From contig JAXLNO010000283.1 of NCBI GenBank assembly GCA_038087875.1, positions 1-36,954 on the forward strand: a DNA stretch of 36,954 nucleotides. Reading direction: 5' to 3'. The notes beneath the pieces are model-generated. The model was not told where the DNA came from. It was given only the letters and a program-made list of their open reading frames with translations, and did no database searches. The position numbers and the translations under genes are program-made. This document shows, in pieces, positions 12,167 to 24,814 of this stretch (positions are counted from its first letter, which is position 1; each line of letters opens with the position of its first letter). This DNA comes from Malacoraja senta (lineage: Eukaryota).

Positions 12167-12811
12167 CTATAAAGAACAAATGGTTAATCCCACTGGTTTC
12201 TAGTAGGCGTGCAATAATAGCCTTTACAACAATCTGAGATGGGACAAGGTAATAAACTATTCTGCAAAACAGTTATGAGACCAACTCCAAAATTAATCTA
12301 AATGACAAACTCATTGCATTGAACAGCCACTCGTTTCCACACTGTGAAACATTTGACAGACAGTTGTAAACACAAATGATCATTCAATATAACCAGAACA
12401 GCTGCAGATTAAATTTGGATCAGACTGAAAAACCTTTGATACCTTCTCTTTTTTAATGTTCACTGGCACCTAACTATTCATTTTGATTCCATGCAAAGTT
12501 CCATGCGCCTCTTTCAAGGAGTCCATTCAAAGCGGCAGAACTCAAACAGAATACATCCTGGTTCTCGTGAAATATGTTTCAAGTTTGACCCTGATACTGG
12601 ATCTTAATAAACAAAAAATATTTTCAGGAGATATGGTTCAGGATACCAAAACGCTAATCTCAGAATGCATTAAAAATATAAATTAATTGGCTTCACATTG
12701 GTGGAAGATGATGAAGTGTCTCCAGGACAAGGAGAATAAAAAAGTCAATGTGGAAAAGGGAAGGTTGGTGAATTTCATGTTAAAAGAGGATCATTGAGAA
12801 ATAAACAAAGG

Positions 12812-14000
12812 GAGAGACACACAAAGAACTGCAGATGCTAAAAGCTTGAGTAAAACAAAGTGCTGGAGGAACTCAGTGGGGGGGGGGTCAAGCAGCAGAG
12901 GAAATGGACAGACACTTGAGACCCTTCCTTTGGAGTGAAAGAGTGGAGGGAAGATAATCAGAATAAAGAGGGAGGTGCTGAGTGGGGCAAAATCATCAGG
13001 CAATAGTGGGTCAGGTGATAAATGGTGGATGGAGCCAAGTGGGATGACAACATAAGCTGGGATGTAGTTGGTGGAGAAAACAGGGAGCAGCAGATTATGG
13101 AATCTCATGGGAAATTAAGGTGGAGTATGGGACCAAATAAGCAAGGTGGGGCAGATGAATGGAAACAGGTCGGGGGGAGCTCCCACCTCCACGGGTACCT
13201 TGTAATCCTGTGCTACCTGCTCCATGGTCCGATAGTCGGCGACTAAACCGTCTCCCCCACCTGGGTGAGAGGGAGGTGGGAGTAATGTGAAAAATGGGCA
13301 TGTGTTGGAGGAACAGAGTCGATAGTAGGACGGGGCGGATCAGGGGAGATTAACTGTAAGCGGAGAATGCAATGTTCATGCCCTTGGGTTGTCAACTACC
13401 GTGGAACACAAGCTACTGTTATGTGTAAGAAGAAACTGCAGATGCTGGTATACACCAAAGATAGACACAAATGCTGAAGTAACCCAGCGGTACAGGGAGC
13501 ATCTCTGGAGAAACTTAATAGATGACATTTTCAGGTCGACACACTTCATCAGACCGGATTTGGGTCGAAACCCTTTACCAGACCTGATGAAGGGTTTCGA
13601 CCCAAAACATCACCTATTCCTTGTCTCCAGAGACCTGCAGAGTTAGTCCAGCATTTTGTGACAAGCTACTTTATCTCCAATGTGCCTTTGGCCTTGCCCT
13701 GGCAGTTGAGGGGGCTGAACATAGACAGGTCAGTGTAGGAATGGGAAGGGGAAATTGAAATGACTGGCAACTGAGTGCTCCAGGTGCTGATGGCAGACAG
13801 AGTGCAGGCACGTGGCAAAATGCTCGCCTAGTTTCCATCTGATCCCATCAACATTGAGGAGGCCACACGAGAGCATCGAATGCACCCACAATTGAAACTG
13901 TGCCATCATGAACTTCTCTCCCTTCCTGATACAGTGGACCAAATTTGCGGAATGAGCAGAAGGCATCGTCTCCACTCCTCAAAAAGAGAGCAAATCTTCA
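12812..14000 (-). mobile_element. Penelope-like element remnant: GIY-YIG endonuclease end, 3'UTR and terminal repeat
   Basis: Minus frames give SANLVHCI / CIRCSRCGLL..G.RWKLGEHFA..LHSV..HSVASHFN, a degenerate PLE GIY-YIG; 3' end at 12812-12930 is the same short repeat scattered through the window. Confidence 0.8.
13418..13660. mobile_element. Inverted-pair Penelope-derived insert with 10-bp TSD, nested in the older Penelope remnant
   Basis: ACAAGCTACT at 13408-13417 and 13661-13670; three hammerhead-like cores near the centre (13523-13612). Confidence 0.8.
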
Positions 14001-14381
14001 GACCCTGCAATCAACCCAATAATTACTGCATTTTGAACAAGCTGCTATCCAAATTTCTTTTTTTTCACTTATAATTCCTACCTTGTGAGAAAGAATTCTG
14101 TACCTGCCACAATTTTTAAAGCCACTTTTATCAAATTGGATATCATTGGAATCATGTATTGTCTTTCCACTGACTGGTTTGCATGCAACAAAAGTTTTTC
14201 ACTGTACCTCTGTGCACTTGACAATACAATAAACTAAACTTGACCGGCCTGTAGTCTTTGACAGAGTTCACTTCCTTACCCTCCTACAGTGCGTCTACTG
14301 TTGTGCAGTCGGTGTGATTCCATAGGTATGTTTCATTCTCAGCCAGCCCGTGTGGGTGTTCTTCCAGCATCAGCACCCTTA

Positions 14382-14600
14382 AGGGCCTGACCCACTTGGG
14401 CATAATTTGCACGTAATTTACGCGTCATCATTTACGCGTCACGTCGCACGCGTTGTGCCGTGCATGTGATGCGCGCATGGTGCGTGGTGACGTAGGCAGT
14501 GATGCGCGGTCGCGCGCGGCACCCCAGGATTTTGGTATGTACAAAATCTTCGCACGCCATCTGTGTGACGCGCAAATGACGCCCAAGTGGGATAGGCCCT
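14382..14600. mobile_element. PIF/Harbinger-type MITE
   Basis: TIRs AGGGCCTGACCCACTTGGGC / GCCCAAGTGGGATAGGCCCT; TTA TSD at 14379-14381 and 14601-14603; largely palindromic body. Confidence 0.88.
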
Positions 14601-15339
14601 TTACTCCTATTTCTCACCTCCATGCTGCCTGTTCCAAAAACTTCCACGGTTATCATGACAACCAGCTTGTTATTTTGAATAACCACCACTTCTCTTAAAC
14701 CTACCAATGTATACAATTATTCACAATCTTGGTGTTACATTCCATCTGAGATGAGCTTAGCTCATTCATCACTGAAAATTCATGCTTTCTTTTCATCACT
14801 TTCCTTTTTCTGGCCTCCATTGAGTTGAGCTAACAAAACTGTGCTGCCTGTATCTTAACTCATTCCGTATCCTAATCACTGGTCAAGCTCATGCTTTCTG
14901 ATCCACACTGGATCCAGGTTAAACAATTCCTTGGTTTTCAAAATCTTCATCCTTGTTTTCAAATTTCAACCCCCTCCCCCCACCGCAAATACCACCTTCC
15001 ACCGCCGACTGTTAAAACTCCATCAAACCTACAATCTTCAATAATCTTAATGCTAATTAATTCTGGGTCTCTTAAGAATCCCCAAAGCAATTGCTCTAAT
15101 GGTCTAACATCTTGTGTGGCTTGGTCAGTTTTACTTGAAAGCACTCACATGAACCATCTTATGACAATTTGTTACACTGAAGGCACTTTATTTTTTTTTT
15201 TAAATAGCCCATCAGGGCTCATGGGATAAAGAAAAACTGCAACACTAAAATGTTAGAATGTTGACAGGTGATCTAATATAAACTTTTAAAATGAAGGAGA
15301 CTGCAGAAAAACCTGCTGGGGGGAAACTTTTGATAGGTT

Positions 15340-15483
15340 GGAGTAACTCAACGGTTCAAGCAGCTTCTCTGGAGAAGATGAATAGGTCATCTATCCACGT
15401 TCTCCATAAATGCTGGTTGACCAGCTGAGGTATTCTAGTACTGTGTCTTTTTTTGTAAATCAGCATCTGCAGTTCCTTGTGTC
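15340..15483. mobile_element. Degenerate inverted-pair Penelope-derived repeat
   Basis: GGAGTAACTC..CTCTGGAGAA followed by TTCTCCA..CAGCATCTGCAGTTCCTTGTGTC. Confidence 0.7.
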
Positions 15484-15963
15484 ACTTGGTATAGTTATGT
15501 TGCTGTTTATGGAGCAATAGCATAAAATTAGAGTTCAACTATGATGAACCACGGTATAATTAAAATTTGGAATAGGCTTACACATGAATGAGCAAATCAG
15601 CCTCAAAGAATTGGATATCAAGTCCAATTAGTAAATAAGACCAAAAGCACACAATATTAATAAATGTCAAGCGCAGAGATATACAAATATAGGGAGAATT
15701 TGTTTTCAATGAAACAAGCACTTTGTCCTTGAACAACAAAAATGAAAAAAATCCAGCCTTCTAACACTTTCAGTAAAATGTACTTCATCATACCAAGAAA
15801 ATCACCAGATTAGTAATGAGCCATCAATTATCTTGATAAACCATCTTGCCTTATCCCCAAACCACTGATATATGATCCTTAATAGCACTAAATCAAATTA
15901 GTTCTGACCTCAAAATAACTTTGCCACGGAACATAGTCTTCTCTTGAACACAGTTAGACATAC

Positions 15964-16075
15964 CCTCAGATGGTCTGAGTCTTCCCTCTTTTCCATTTTC
16001 TTTGCTTGAAGAGGTGGACTCTTCATTACTTTGATGTCTTCATTTTCACCGTGATCGATTTCAGTGCTATCCAGT
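15964..16075 (-). CDS. PDS5B: PDS5B exon: LDSTEIDHGENEDIKVMKSPPLQAKKMEKREDSDHLR
   Basis: Homologous to mammalian LDSSEMDHSENED...KRDDSDLVR; uncommon AAG acceptor, donor GTATGT; 112 nt. Confidence 0.9.
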
Positions 16076-16559
16076 CTTGAATAAATAATTCACAAATTAA
16101 ACATTTAAATGCATTTAACACACTTCAATTGATTTAATGTTCCATTCCCTTAGGCACATTTTCACATCCATCTACTTCACTTTTTAAACATATTTTTGTC
16201 CACATTTCCCCCAAAATTTATGTCATATGATGATTAAGAAATACAGATAAAACATAATCCGTTATTACCGAAACATAGTCAGTGTATGTTTGTTAATGGA
16301 TCCTTGGCGAGTCCATTTTCCATTATTAAATAACTGTTACCTATGTGAAGATTATGCATCTATCATAAGGGTTGTTCAGAAAATGATAAAATTAGTCTCT
16401 TTCATTATCATTCATTTCAAAGTACTTAGGGGACAGATTATAAGTATTTACAAATTCAAACAGAGAACTCTATTCCTATTTTGTTTGCGTTCAGAGCCAA
16501 ACAATTGTGAATTAACTAACGACAATTTTAAAACATGTTATCAACAGGGAACAATCCAT

Positions 16560-16650
16560 TTGAAGAAGAATCTCAACCCGAAACATCACCTATTCTTTTT
16601 TTCCAGAGATGTTGCCTGACCCGCTGAGTTATTTCCAGAATGTCTATCTT
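16560..16650 (+). mobile_element. Penelope-derived short repeat
   Basis: TGAAGAAG..CCCGAAACATCACCTATTC..GCTGAGTTA. Confidence 0.75.
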
Positions 16651-17357
16651 CTGGTGTCCTTATCTCTATTATCCTTAAAATAGTGAATGCCAGGCTGGTA
16701 AAGCTGAGATCAATACGTCTCAGTGCATCTTGCTGGAGGGTAATTAGTACCCCTCCTTTCAGCTACATCATCTCTTTTAACTGTGTTGTGCAATGTTCAC
16801 GAATCGTACCTCAGAAAATTATCTTTCTATCTGAAAAATGGCAATCTAACTCGGAACGTTCTTAATCAATTATTACAGTATGGTAGAGCACTAATTAGTA
16901 ACCCATTGTTCTAAATCTGCTACTGTGACCATAAAATAGCGCCATCTGCTTTCATCAAGAATGCTTTTAGCAAGCACATCTCATTTCTTCCTTTTTAATA
17001 TTTTAGTTATCTATTTTTCTTCAAACCTTTATAGAAATTGTATCTCCAATTGTATCTCAAATCAAAGAAAATATACTGCCTTTTAAAATGACTACTGTAT
17101 TCAGTTTGTTTTCAATTGAATGGCACTGGAAGTTAATAGTGGACATTTAATTAGTATGGATCAAAATTAAATGTTAAACCAGGAATTATGTAATCTTCCA
17201 TGCAAAAATAATTTAAATTTATCTGTTTAAATTAAACAGCTAAAATTCCAGATTTAAACTATAGGAAATTTAGAAAAAATACTTTTGACAACTGAATTTC
17301 CTTTTAATTTTAGGTAGACCAAAGTAACTCTTAACCTAGTATGGAAATATAAAAAAA

Positions 17358-17883
17358 TGACGAAGTGCTGGAATAACTCAGTGGGTCAGCCAGCATCTCT
17401 TAAGAACATGGATAGGTGAAGTTTCGGGTCAGGACCTTTCTTCAGACTTATTGTGGTTTGGTGGGGGGGGGGGGGGGGGGGGGACGGGACTGGAGGAGAG
17501 GTGGGAACAGGACAAAATCTGGCAAGGGATAGACACAAGGAACTGCATATGCTGGTTTACAAAATAAAAGACAAAGTGCTGGACAACTCTGCAGGTCAGG
17601 CTGTACCTCTGGAGAATACGGATAGGCAACGTTTCAGGTCAGGACCCTTGTTGGTAAAGTCCATGTAAACCCCCTTCCCACAGTTTCCCACCAGTCTTAC
17701 TATCTCCGACTACATTCTCTCTCTGTACCGCCCACTCCCCTGATATCAGTCTGAAGAAGGGTCTTGACCCGAAACGTCACCTATTCCTTCTCTCCAGAGA
17801 TGCTACCTGTCCCCGCTGAGTTACTCCAGCATTTTGTGTCTACCTTTTTTGGTAAATCAGAATCTGCAGTTCCTTGTGCCTCT
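17358..17883. mobile_element. Cluster of Penelope-derived repeats (two minus, one plus) with poly-G tract
   Basis: Minus copies ~17360-17450 and ~17530-17650; plus copy ~17670-17883. Confidence 0.8.
17748..17781 (+). ncRNA. Minimal hammerhead ribozyme motif (Penelope-type), core intact
   Basis: AGU-CUGAAGA-A-GGGU(CUUG)ACCC-GAAAC-GUC-ACC; palindromic ACGU stem III would need a dimer. Confidence 0.6.
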
Positions 17884-17911
17884 AAGAAATATCTTGCTTA
17901 TTTTGCTGTAC

Positions 17912-18057
17912 CTTACTTTACTTCTTCCGGGAGAACTAGGATTAGAATTGCTGCTGGCATTACTCATAGTTTCCATCCGTGATGTCTTGGTCTGTGCCTG
18001 TTTTCCAGCTGATGACAGAGGCTTATTAACTGCACCAAGAACATTTGTTGCCTTTGG
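17912..18057 (-). CDS. PDS5B: PDS5B exon: PKATNVLGAVNKPLSSAGKQAQTKTSRMETMSNASSNSNPSSPGRSKVR
   Basis: VLGAVNKPLSSAGKQ and SNPSSPGR match PDS5B; acceptor CAG, donor GTACAG; 146 nt. Confidence 0.94.
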
Positions 18058-18090
18058 CTGTATGGAACAAAATCCAAAATGTTGTAGGAC

Positions 18091-18240
18091 TGATTGGTAG
18101 CTCAAATTCAAATCAGTAGACAGTAAAAATATCAAATTTTAAGGCCTAAAAATATTAAAATTATATTGAATTGATTGGTAGTTCAAATTCAAATTAGCAT
18201 TCAGCAGCAGTTTTAAATTTTACAGTCTAATAAATACATT
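18091..18240. repeat. Old two-copy tandem duplication, ~81-bp period
   Basis: TGATTGGTAG(C/T)TCAAATTCAAAT at 18091 and 18172. Confidence 0.7.
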
Positions 18241-18482
18241 TAATGCAATTAAAAACAAGTACATATATGTTTTAAAAGAACTATTACTTCACCTTACAAA
18301 AAAAAGTCATTTCTAAGCAAGTTTTCAACAGGTATAAAAGCAAAAGAAGTGAAACAACATCAAGAGTCAAGGATTTTTATGATGCACAACATTAAGAATG
18401 AGACGTGTAAACAGATATTTAATAGGAACTGAATTGTTTCCCTATTTACATGTATGATAGAATTAAAAAGATTAAAGAGTAC

Positions 18483-18545
18483 CTTTCCAGGTGTGAAAAA
18501 CACTTTCATTTCTGAAGGCAGGTAACTTTTACTGTTGTTGAAGTT
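18483..18545 (-). CDS. PDS5B: PDS5B exon: NFNNSKSYLPSEMKVFFTPGK
   Basis: Manual translation; acceptor CAG, donor GTACTC; 63 nt. Confidence 0.93.
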
Positions 18546-19079
18546 CTGGAAAAGGTTGAGAAAGCAATCATTTCAATTTCAACAAATATCAAGTGTTGTT
18601 ATACCGTGAAGTGGCCAGACTGTAATTTACCTTCTTCAAATCATTATTTACGCTAGGATGTTCTATGAAAGTTCTGATGCTGTCAATAAGAGTTTTATAT
18701 GGAAAAACAAAAATCAAACAAACTTTACTTAGATTCTCCTTTGAACGAAATAAATAATCTGTAACCAAGGAGAGTTTTATCATGATGAGCCAAGCTACAG
18801 ATATATAGCAATAAAATGTCCTTTTCTTGCAATAAAAATCAATTAAGTGGCTAATATAAAATGATTGAAGGTGCTGTACCTGAGAACAAGCATGCAAATC
18901 AAAGTTTTCCTCTTTGCTTTGACCAGTTTCACCATAAATTACTTGTTCCAGGTGATAACAATTTCAGAAATACAGGTAGAAATGATGGAGACTCCTGGTG
19001 TCTTATGCTATTGGCCTTCCCCTTCATTCGTTCTTTTGAAATATCCCACACTTCCGCTTCCTTCTTGCTATTTGCTATG

Positions 19080-19470
19080 TGGCTTCGCTTCCTCCCCTCC
19101 CCCACAATCATTTAGCTCCTTTCCCTTCCTATGTATTCACATCTCCCATCCCAAGGTCTCCATTTCCCTTCTCTTTCCTCTCCCCTTCCACCTATATCCT
19201 TCCCCCCGGTTTTACATTTTAGGGCTTTTCTCTCCTTATCTGATATCGTTTTGCCTTTTTTCCACTTCTAGCCTTTGTCTCTTACTCTACCCATATACCA
19301 AATCAAATCCCCTTGCCTGTTCTCACCTATCCCTTGCCAGGCTTTGCCCTGCCCTCACCTCTTTTTTCCACCATTCTCCCCTCTACTCCATCAGGCTGAA
19401 GAAGGGTCCCCACCTGGAACATCACATATTCATTCCCTCCACAGCTGCATGACCCGCAGAGTACTTTGGG
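19080..19470 (+). mobile_element. Penelope-like 3'UTR and terminal repeat remnant
   Basis: C/T-rich UTR like 21660-21806, ending CTGAAGAAGGGTCCCCACCTGGAACATCAC. Confidence 0.65.
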
Positions 19471-19654
19471 TTTTTAGAGAGTCTTAATATTTAAATCTTT
19501 TGCATATAGTTTCTGAGTGATATTATTTTTAAAACTTGTTCGTTTTCAAAATGTAATTGTTTCACTTTTAAGGTTTCACTTTTAAGCATCTGAATAATCA
19601 AGGCTATTCAGAAACACTGGAAACCCCCCAATTTTGACAAACCATAGAATGGGG

Positions 19655-19940
19655 CAGGTGACCATGTGGGATTTTCTCCAAGTTCTCTAGTTTCCTCCCA
19701 CATGCAAAAAGTGCAAGCTGGTAGCTTAACTGGTTCTTGTAAATGCCCCAAGTGTATAGCGGGTGGAGAATCTTTTTTTTTTGGGGGGGAGGGGGGGGGG
19801 GGGGGGGTTTGGGAGCTGATGATAATGTAGGGAAATTAAAAAAAAAGAGATTTCTGTAGGATTGGTATGAATGGGTGATTGGTAGTCTGCATGGACTTGG
19901 TGGGCTGAAAGGCCCATTTCCATGCTGCATCGCTCTCGGA
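19655..19940 (+). mobile_element. Degenerate HE1-like V-SINE with poly-T/poly-G tract
   Basis: AGTTTCCTCCCACATGCAAAA V-domain end and GGACTTGGTGGGCTGAAAGGCCC tail. Confidence 0.7.
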
Positions 19941-20557
19941 CTCCAAGGTGAAGTAATGTTTAGAAGCAGATTCAAAGTGGCAATATGATGTTCTGTAGAA
20001 TAAAGCATTGTGGAATTTTACTATCAAACAGCTGAACTGAAGGTTATTTTAAAAATCAGAGGGTGCTTGTATTCTTCTCTTGACTTTCATCTACAAGGCA
20101 CTTAGATGTACTACACTTTCTTGGCCAAGTACAACTCAAACAAACACAGGATGCACAATACCATCCAGGAAAAAGCACCCTTCCACTCCCCTTAACATTC
20201 AACCACTCCTTTACTGGCTCATTGTGACTGCACTAGTAGAAGTGATCTCTCCCATCTAAAAATTGCAAAGGCAGTAGGTGCATGAAAATGCAACCACCTT
20301 AAAGCACTTCTCCAAAGCACACATCATCTTGAACTGGGATGGTGTTGTGTTTCTTTAATTTTGCTCCCTCATAAACAATTTATTCGCAAATACTGCAGTA
20401 ATAAAGGTTAGAAGCTCATCAGCATCTTCACAAGAATACTTTACAATGTGTAACAAATGCTGCCCTTGTCAATAATGTTTACATCCCATAAGTGGAATCA
20501 AGTCTGATATTCAAAACTTTTCCACAGCTTTTTTTACTGTGATATTGTTGCATATTA

Positions 20558-20770
20558 TAGTCATACAGCATGGAAACAGGTCCTTCGGCCAAACTTGCCC
20601 ATGCCAGCCAAGATGCCCCATCTACACTGGGCCCCCCTGCCTGTGTTTGACCTCAAAACCTTTCCTATCCACGTACCTGTTAAAATGTCTTTTAAATGCT
20701 GTTATAGTATCTGCCACAACTACCTCCTCTGGCAGGTCGTTCCTTATACCCGTCAAAATGTGTGTGAAAA
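20558..20770 (-). mobile_element. CR1 3' fragment
   Basis: CATACAGCATGGAAACAGGTCCTTCGGCC...ACTACCTCCTCTGGCAG. Confidence 0.8.
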
Positions 20771-20875
20771 ATTGTGTTTATTTTTTCCCCCTTTTTTATA
20801 CTAAAATTATAATAAGAATATAAACAGAAGAACATTTTGAGTTGAAAAAATTCCCACTAAATTGACTATACACAC

Positions 20876-20995
20876 CTTATCAGGATGAGTGAAATATTTA
20901 GCAGGCAGAACAGGGTCCTTGGGAGATTCCAAGCTGTAAGTAGTACTCTTAGTGATGATGATGTTCATTGCAACATCACAAACCGTGTATAATTT
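20876..20995 (-). CDS. PDS5B: PDS5B exon: [40 protein letters not shown]
   Basis: Manual translation; poly-T tract plus TAG acceptor, donor GTGTGT; 120 nt. Confidence 0.95.
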
Positions 20996-21342
20996 CTAAA
21001 AAAAAGCATATTGTAATGCAAAGGTTTCAAATTAATATTTGAAGACAAATAAGAAAAAGAGTGTTGAAGCCACATTTAATACATCCCCTTCCTGTTGTAA
21101 TACTGCAGATTCTCACCTAAAAAATACTCACATTACGTATTTTAAATCTCTGCTCTTCGAAATTAATCAAATACACAGTTTACTGGTACATTATAATGCT
21201 TGCATTTGTGAATTATAAGTACAATCTAGTGGCATTGTACTCAAGAGACTCACAGCAATGATTACCTAAAAATTTAAACTCCACCAGCACAGCCAGCTAA
21301 TTTCAGTTAAATTATCTGAAAAACAGTCATGAATAAAAAGTT

Positions 21343-21475
21343 CATAAGTCGTAGGAGCAGAAGTATGTCATTTGCACCATTGAGTTTATTCCACCATCAA
21401 TCATGGCTGATCTATCTTTCTCTCTCAACCCCATTCCCTTCTCCCCATAACCCTGGACACCCTTACTAATCAAAG
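21343..21475 (-). mobile_element. CR1 3' tail fragment
   Basis: Reverse complement resembles 8136-8290. Confidence 0.7.
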
Positions 21476-21808
21476 AGACCCTTACTAACAATCTAAGCCA
21501 AAATCGGTAATAGTGACTCCAAAACTATGTGAAAAAGGAAAGTGATCTCTTATTTCAGAGTGAGGCCACATGCAAACTGGAAGAACAGTACCTCATATTC
21601 CACTCGAACTGCTTACTACCCAACATTGAATTCTCCTATTTTTGATAACTAACCAACAACAACCCTTTCCCATCTCCCGTACCCTTCCACCCATATCCCT
21701 TCCACTAGCATCACATTTCACACCTCTTCTCTCCATATCTCAATCTTTTGTCTTCTTCCCTTCTCTGGTCCGTGTCCGCCCACCTGCCAATCAAAATCCC
21801 CTCACCTA

Positions 21809-24800
21809 CAGTGCCCTCCATAATGTTTGGGACAAAGACCCATCATTTACTTCTTTGCCTCTGTGCTCCACAATTTGAGATTTGTAATAGAAAAAAAATC
21901 ACATGTGGTTATGCATATTGTCAGATTTTAATAAAGGCCATTTTTATACATTTTGGTTTCACCATGCAGAAATTACAGCTGTGTTTATACATAGTCCCTC
22001 CATTTCAGGGCACCATAATGTTTGGGACACATGGCTTCACAGGTGTTCGTAATTGCTCAGGTGTGTTTAATTGCCTCCTTAATGCAGGTATAAGAGAGTT
22101 CTCAGCACCTAGTCTTGCCTCCAGTCTTTCCATCACCGTTGGAAACTTTTATTGCTGTTTATCAACAAGAGAACCAATGTTGTGCCAATGAAAGTCAAAG
22201 AAGCCATTATGAGACTGAGAAACAAGAATAAAACTGTTAGAGACATCAGCCAAACAGTCTTATCAAAATCAACTGTTTGGAACATCATTAAGAAAGAGAG
22301 CACTGGTGAGCTTACTAATCGCAAAGGGGCTGGCAGGCCAAGGAAGACCTCCACAGCTGATGACAGAAGAATTCTCTATATAATAAAGAAAAATCCTCAA
22401 TCACCTGTCCGACAGATCAGAAACACTCTTCAGGAGTCAGGTGTGGATTTGTCAATGACCATCGTCCGCAGAAGACTTCATGAACAGAAATACAGAGGCT
22501 ACACTGGTTAGCCGTAAAAATAGGATGGCCAGGTTACAGTTAGCCAAGAAGTACTTAAAAGAGCAACCACAGTTCTGGAAAAAGGTCTTATGGATAAATG
22601 AGACGAAGATTAACATATCAAAGTGATGGCAAGAGCAAAGTATGGAGGAGAGAAGGAACTGCCCGAGATCCAAAGCATACCACCTCATCTGTGAAACACA
22701 GTGGTGGGGGTGTTATGGCCTGTGCATGTATGGTTGCTGAAGGTACTGGCTCACTTATCTTCATTGATGACACAACTGCTGATGGTAGTAGCATAATGAA
22801 TTCTGAAGTGTATAGACACATCCTATCTGCTCAAGTTCAAACAAATGCCTCAAAACTCATTGGCCGGCAGTTCATTCTACAGCAAGACAATGATCCCAAA
22901 CATACTGCTAAAGCAACAAAGGAGTTTTTCAAAGCTAAAAAATTGTAAATTCTTGAGTGGCTTAGTCAATCACCTGATCTGAACCCAATTGAGCATATCT
23001 TTTATATGCTGAAGAGAAAACTGAATGGGACTAGCCCCCAAAACAAGCATAAGCTAAAGATGGCTGCACACCAGAGAAGACACCCAGCAACTGGTGATGT
23101 CCATGAATTGCAGACCTCAAGCAGTCACTGCATGCAAAGGATATGCAACAAAATATTAAACATGACTACTAGCTGATGATATTAAAATATTAAACATGGC
23201 TGCTAGCTGATGAAGAAAAATCGATCGGACTTCCGTTCGCGGTTTATATTTTTTTAAATTCTCTGGCAATTTAATAATTGAATTAAAATAAAAAGCCCTC
23301 AACACCTACAACGTGACGGATCGTAAGAACGTGACAAAACAAAGGGCAAGTCGTCTATTTTACATATAATCTTGCTTCTTGGGATGGCTTTAATCTAATT
23401 TTACGTTGCGAAAATGTTATTTGGGCCCTATACAAACCGCCAGTGTCTTTCCTGCCGATATGGGGTTCAAATTCACCGCTAATGCAACGTTCCAATAGAT
23501 CGCGTTCCAGAAGCAAGATGATTAAAATGCTCTTTTTTTTTGGACAATCATGTCATAAGCCGTCTAAATTGTCTATAATTTGTGTTATTCTCTCTCCATG
23601 ATCATTATTTTTAAAATAAACATTCACAACAGTTTGAGTCACATGTATTGTGCAAAAAACAATAATTTTGATTATATTTTGAGTGGATGTTTCTGGATTA
23701 ATTTATGGTAATTAAACATTAAATTCCTTCCATCTGGCATATAAATTCATTACAGTGAGATTTAAAAATCATGTTATATTGTGAATTCTTGTGTGAATGG
23801 GATTAGTTTGTTATTTGGATACTTAGGCTATTAAAAAAAATTATCCTTTTCTTAAGAAATGTAATCTACAGGACATTCTTAATGGGAAAGTAGTGGGCAG
23901 AAAGGCATGTCATGCATGGTTTGAAGAGCAAAAACTTGTAGTTTGCAATGCCAACATTGAAAAGTTGAGGAAAAACAAGGTGTACAGAGTTGCTTATTGG
24001 TTACAATCTGAGGAGTATGATGATGTTACTGATTATGATATGCCAATGTACCAGCTAGCAACTTATCTTCTCCATAAAGACTTGGTCTATTGCTAGAAAT
24101 TGTAATTTATTTACCTATCTGTTATGGACTTACAGCATATAATACAATAATATTAAAGTTCTGATCTTGAGAATACCACATTTTTGAATTTAAGGCAATC
24201 TGGGTGTTTATTACTATTTCCGTCACAATGGTCAATTTTGTAATTAGCTACAATTAGGTAATTAACTAATTATATGCTTTAATTTCAGGTCATCCAAGTA
24301 AGATGTTTCATATTTGTTTCAGAATGCTTCAATCTATAATTGAAAATTTCATTCAGTTCTCTTAATTTTTAAGAAAGTTATGAGCTTTTGACTGTCCTCG
24401 ATCACAGCTTTTGTGTTAAGTCAATGGAAAAGCAATAGGGAACAAGATGCTAATTTCCGAGTATGAAAATGGCCATAACTTTTTTAATACTGAAGATATG
24501 AAAGTGAATTAGGTGTCAAATTAAACTTCTTTTTATGCTTTATCTGATGGGATAAATTGCAGACTTGATTTTTAAAATCTCAAAATTTTGTAACATTGCT
24601 ACATTATGTGCCCTGAAATTGGGGTACTATGTATAAACACTGCTGTAATTTCTACATGGTGAAACCAAAATGTATAAAAATGGCCTTTATTAAAATCTGA
24701 CAATGTGCACTTTAACCACACGCGATTTTTTTCTATTACAAATCTCAAATTGTGGAGTACAGAGGCAAATAAATAAATGACGGGTCTTTGTCCCAAACAT

Positions 24801-24814
24801 TATGGAGGGCACTG
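21809..24814 (+). mobile_element. Tc1/mariner IR/DR transposon with inactive DD34E-type transposase (~22188-23160)
   Basis: TA TSD (21807-8, 24815-6); ~215-bp TIRs starting CAGTGCCCTCCATAATGTTTGGGACAAAGACCC with inner DR CATAATGTTTGGGACA; motifs GRPRKTS, NETKI, QQDNDPKHT, SPDLNPIE with frameshifts and stops. Confidence 0.95.
23170..24601. mobile_element. AT-rich DNA-element insert nested in the Tc1 (TAGC...GCTA ends)
   Basis: ~1.4 kb of non-Tc1 sequence between transposase end and right IR; ~30-bp duplication at left junction; peptide remnant 23893-24096. Confidence 0.6.

Noticed and set aside
11751..12237. Plus-strand ORFs over the large exon
   Set aside because: Antisense shadows of the purine-rich PDS5B exon.
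17463..17483. Long poly-G tracts (also ~19783-19807) as functional G-quadruplexes
   Set aside because: They sit inside repeats; homopolymer expansion or sequencing length error is the simpler explanation.
18865..19452. 195-aa hydrophobic ORF
   Set aside because: Arises from the C/T-rich Penelope-like 3'UTR; no recognisable protein or splice support.
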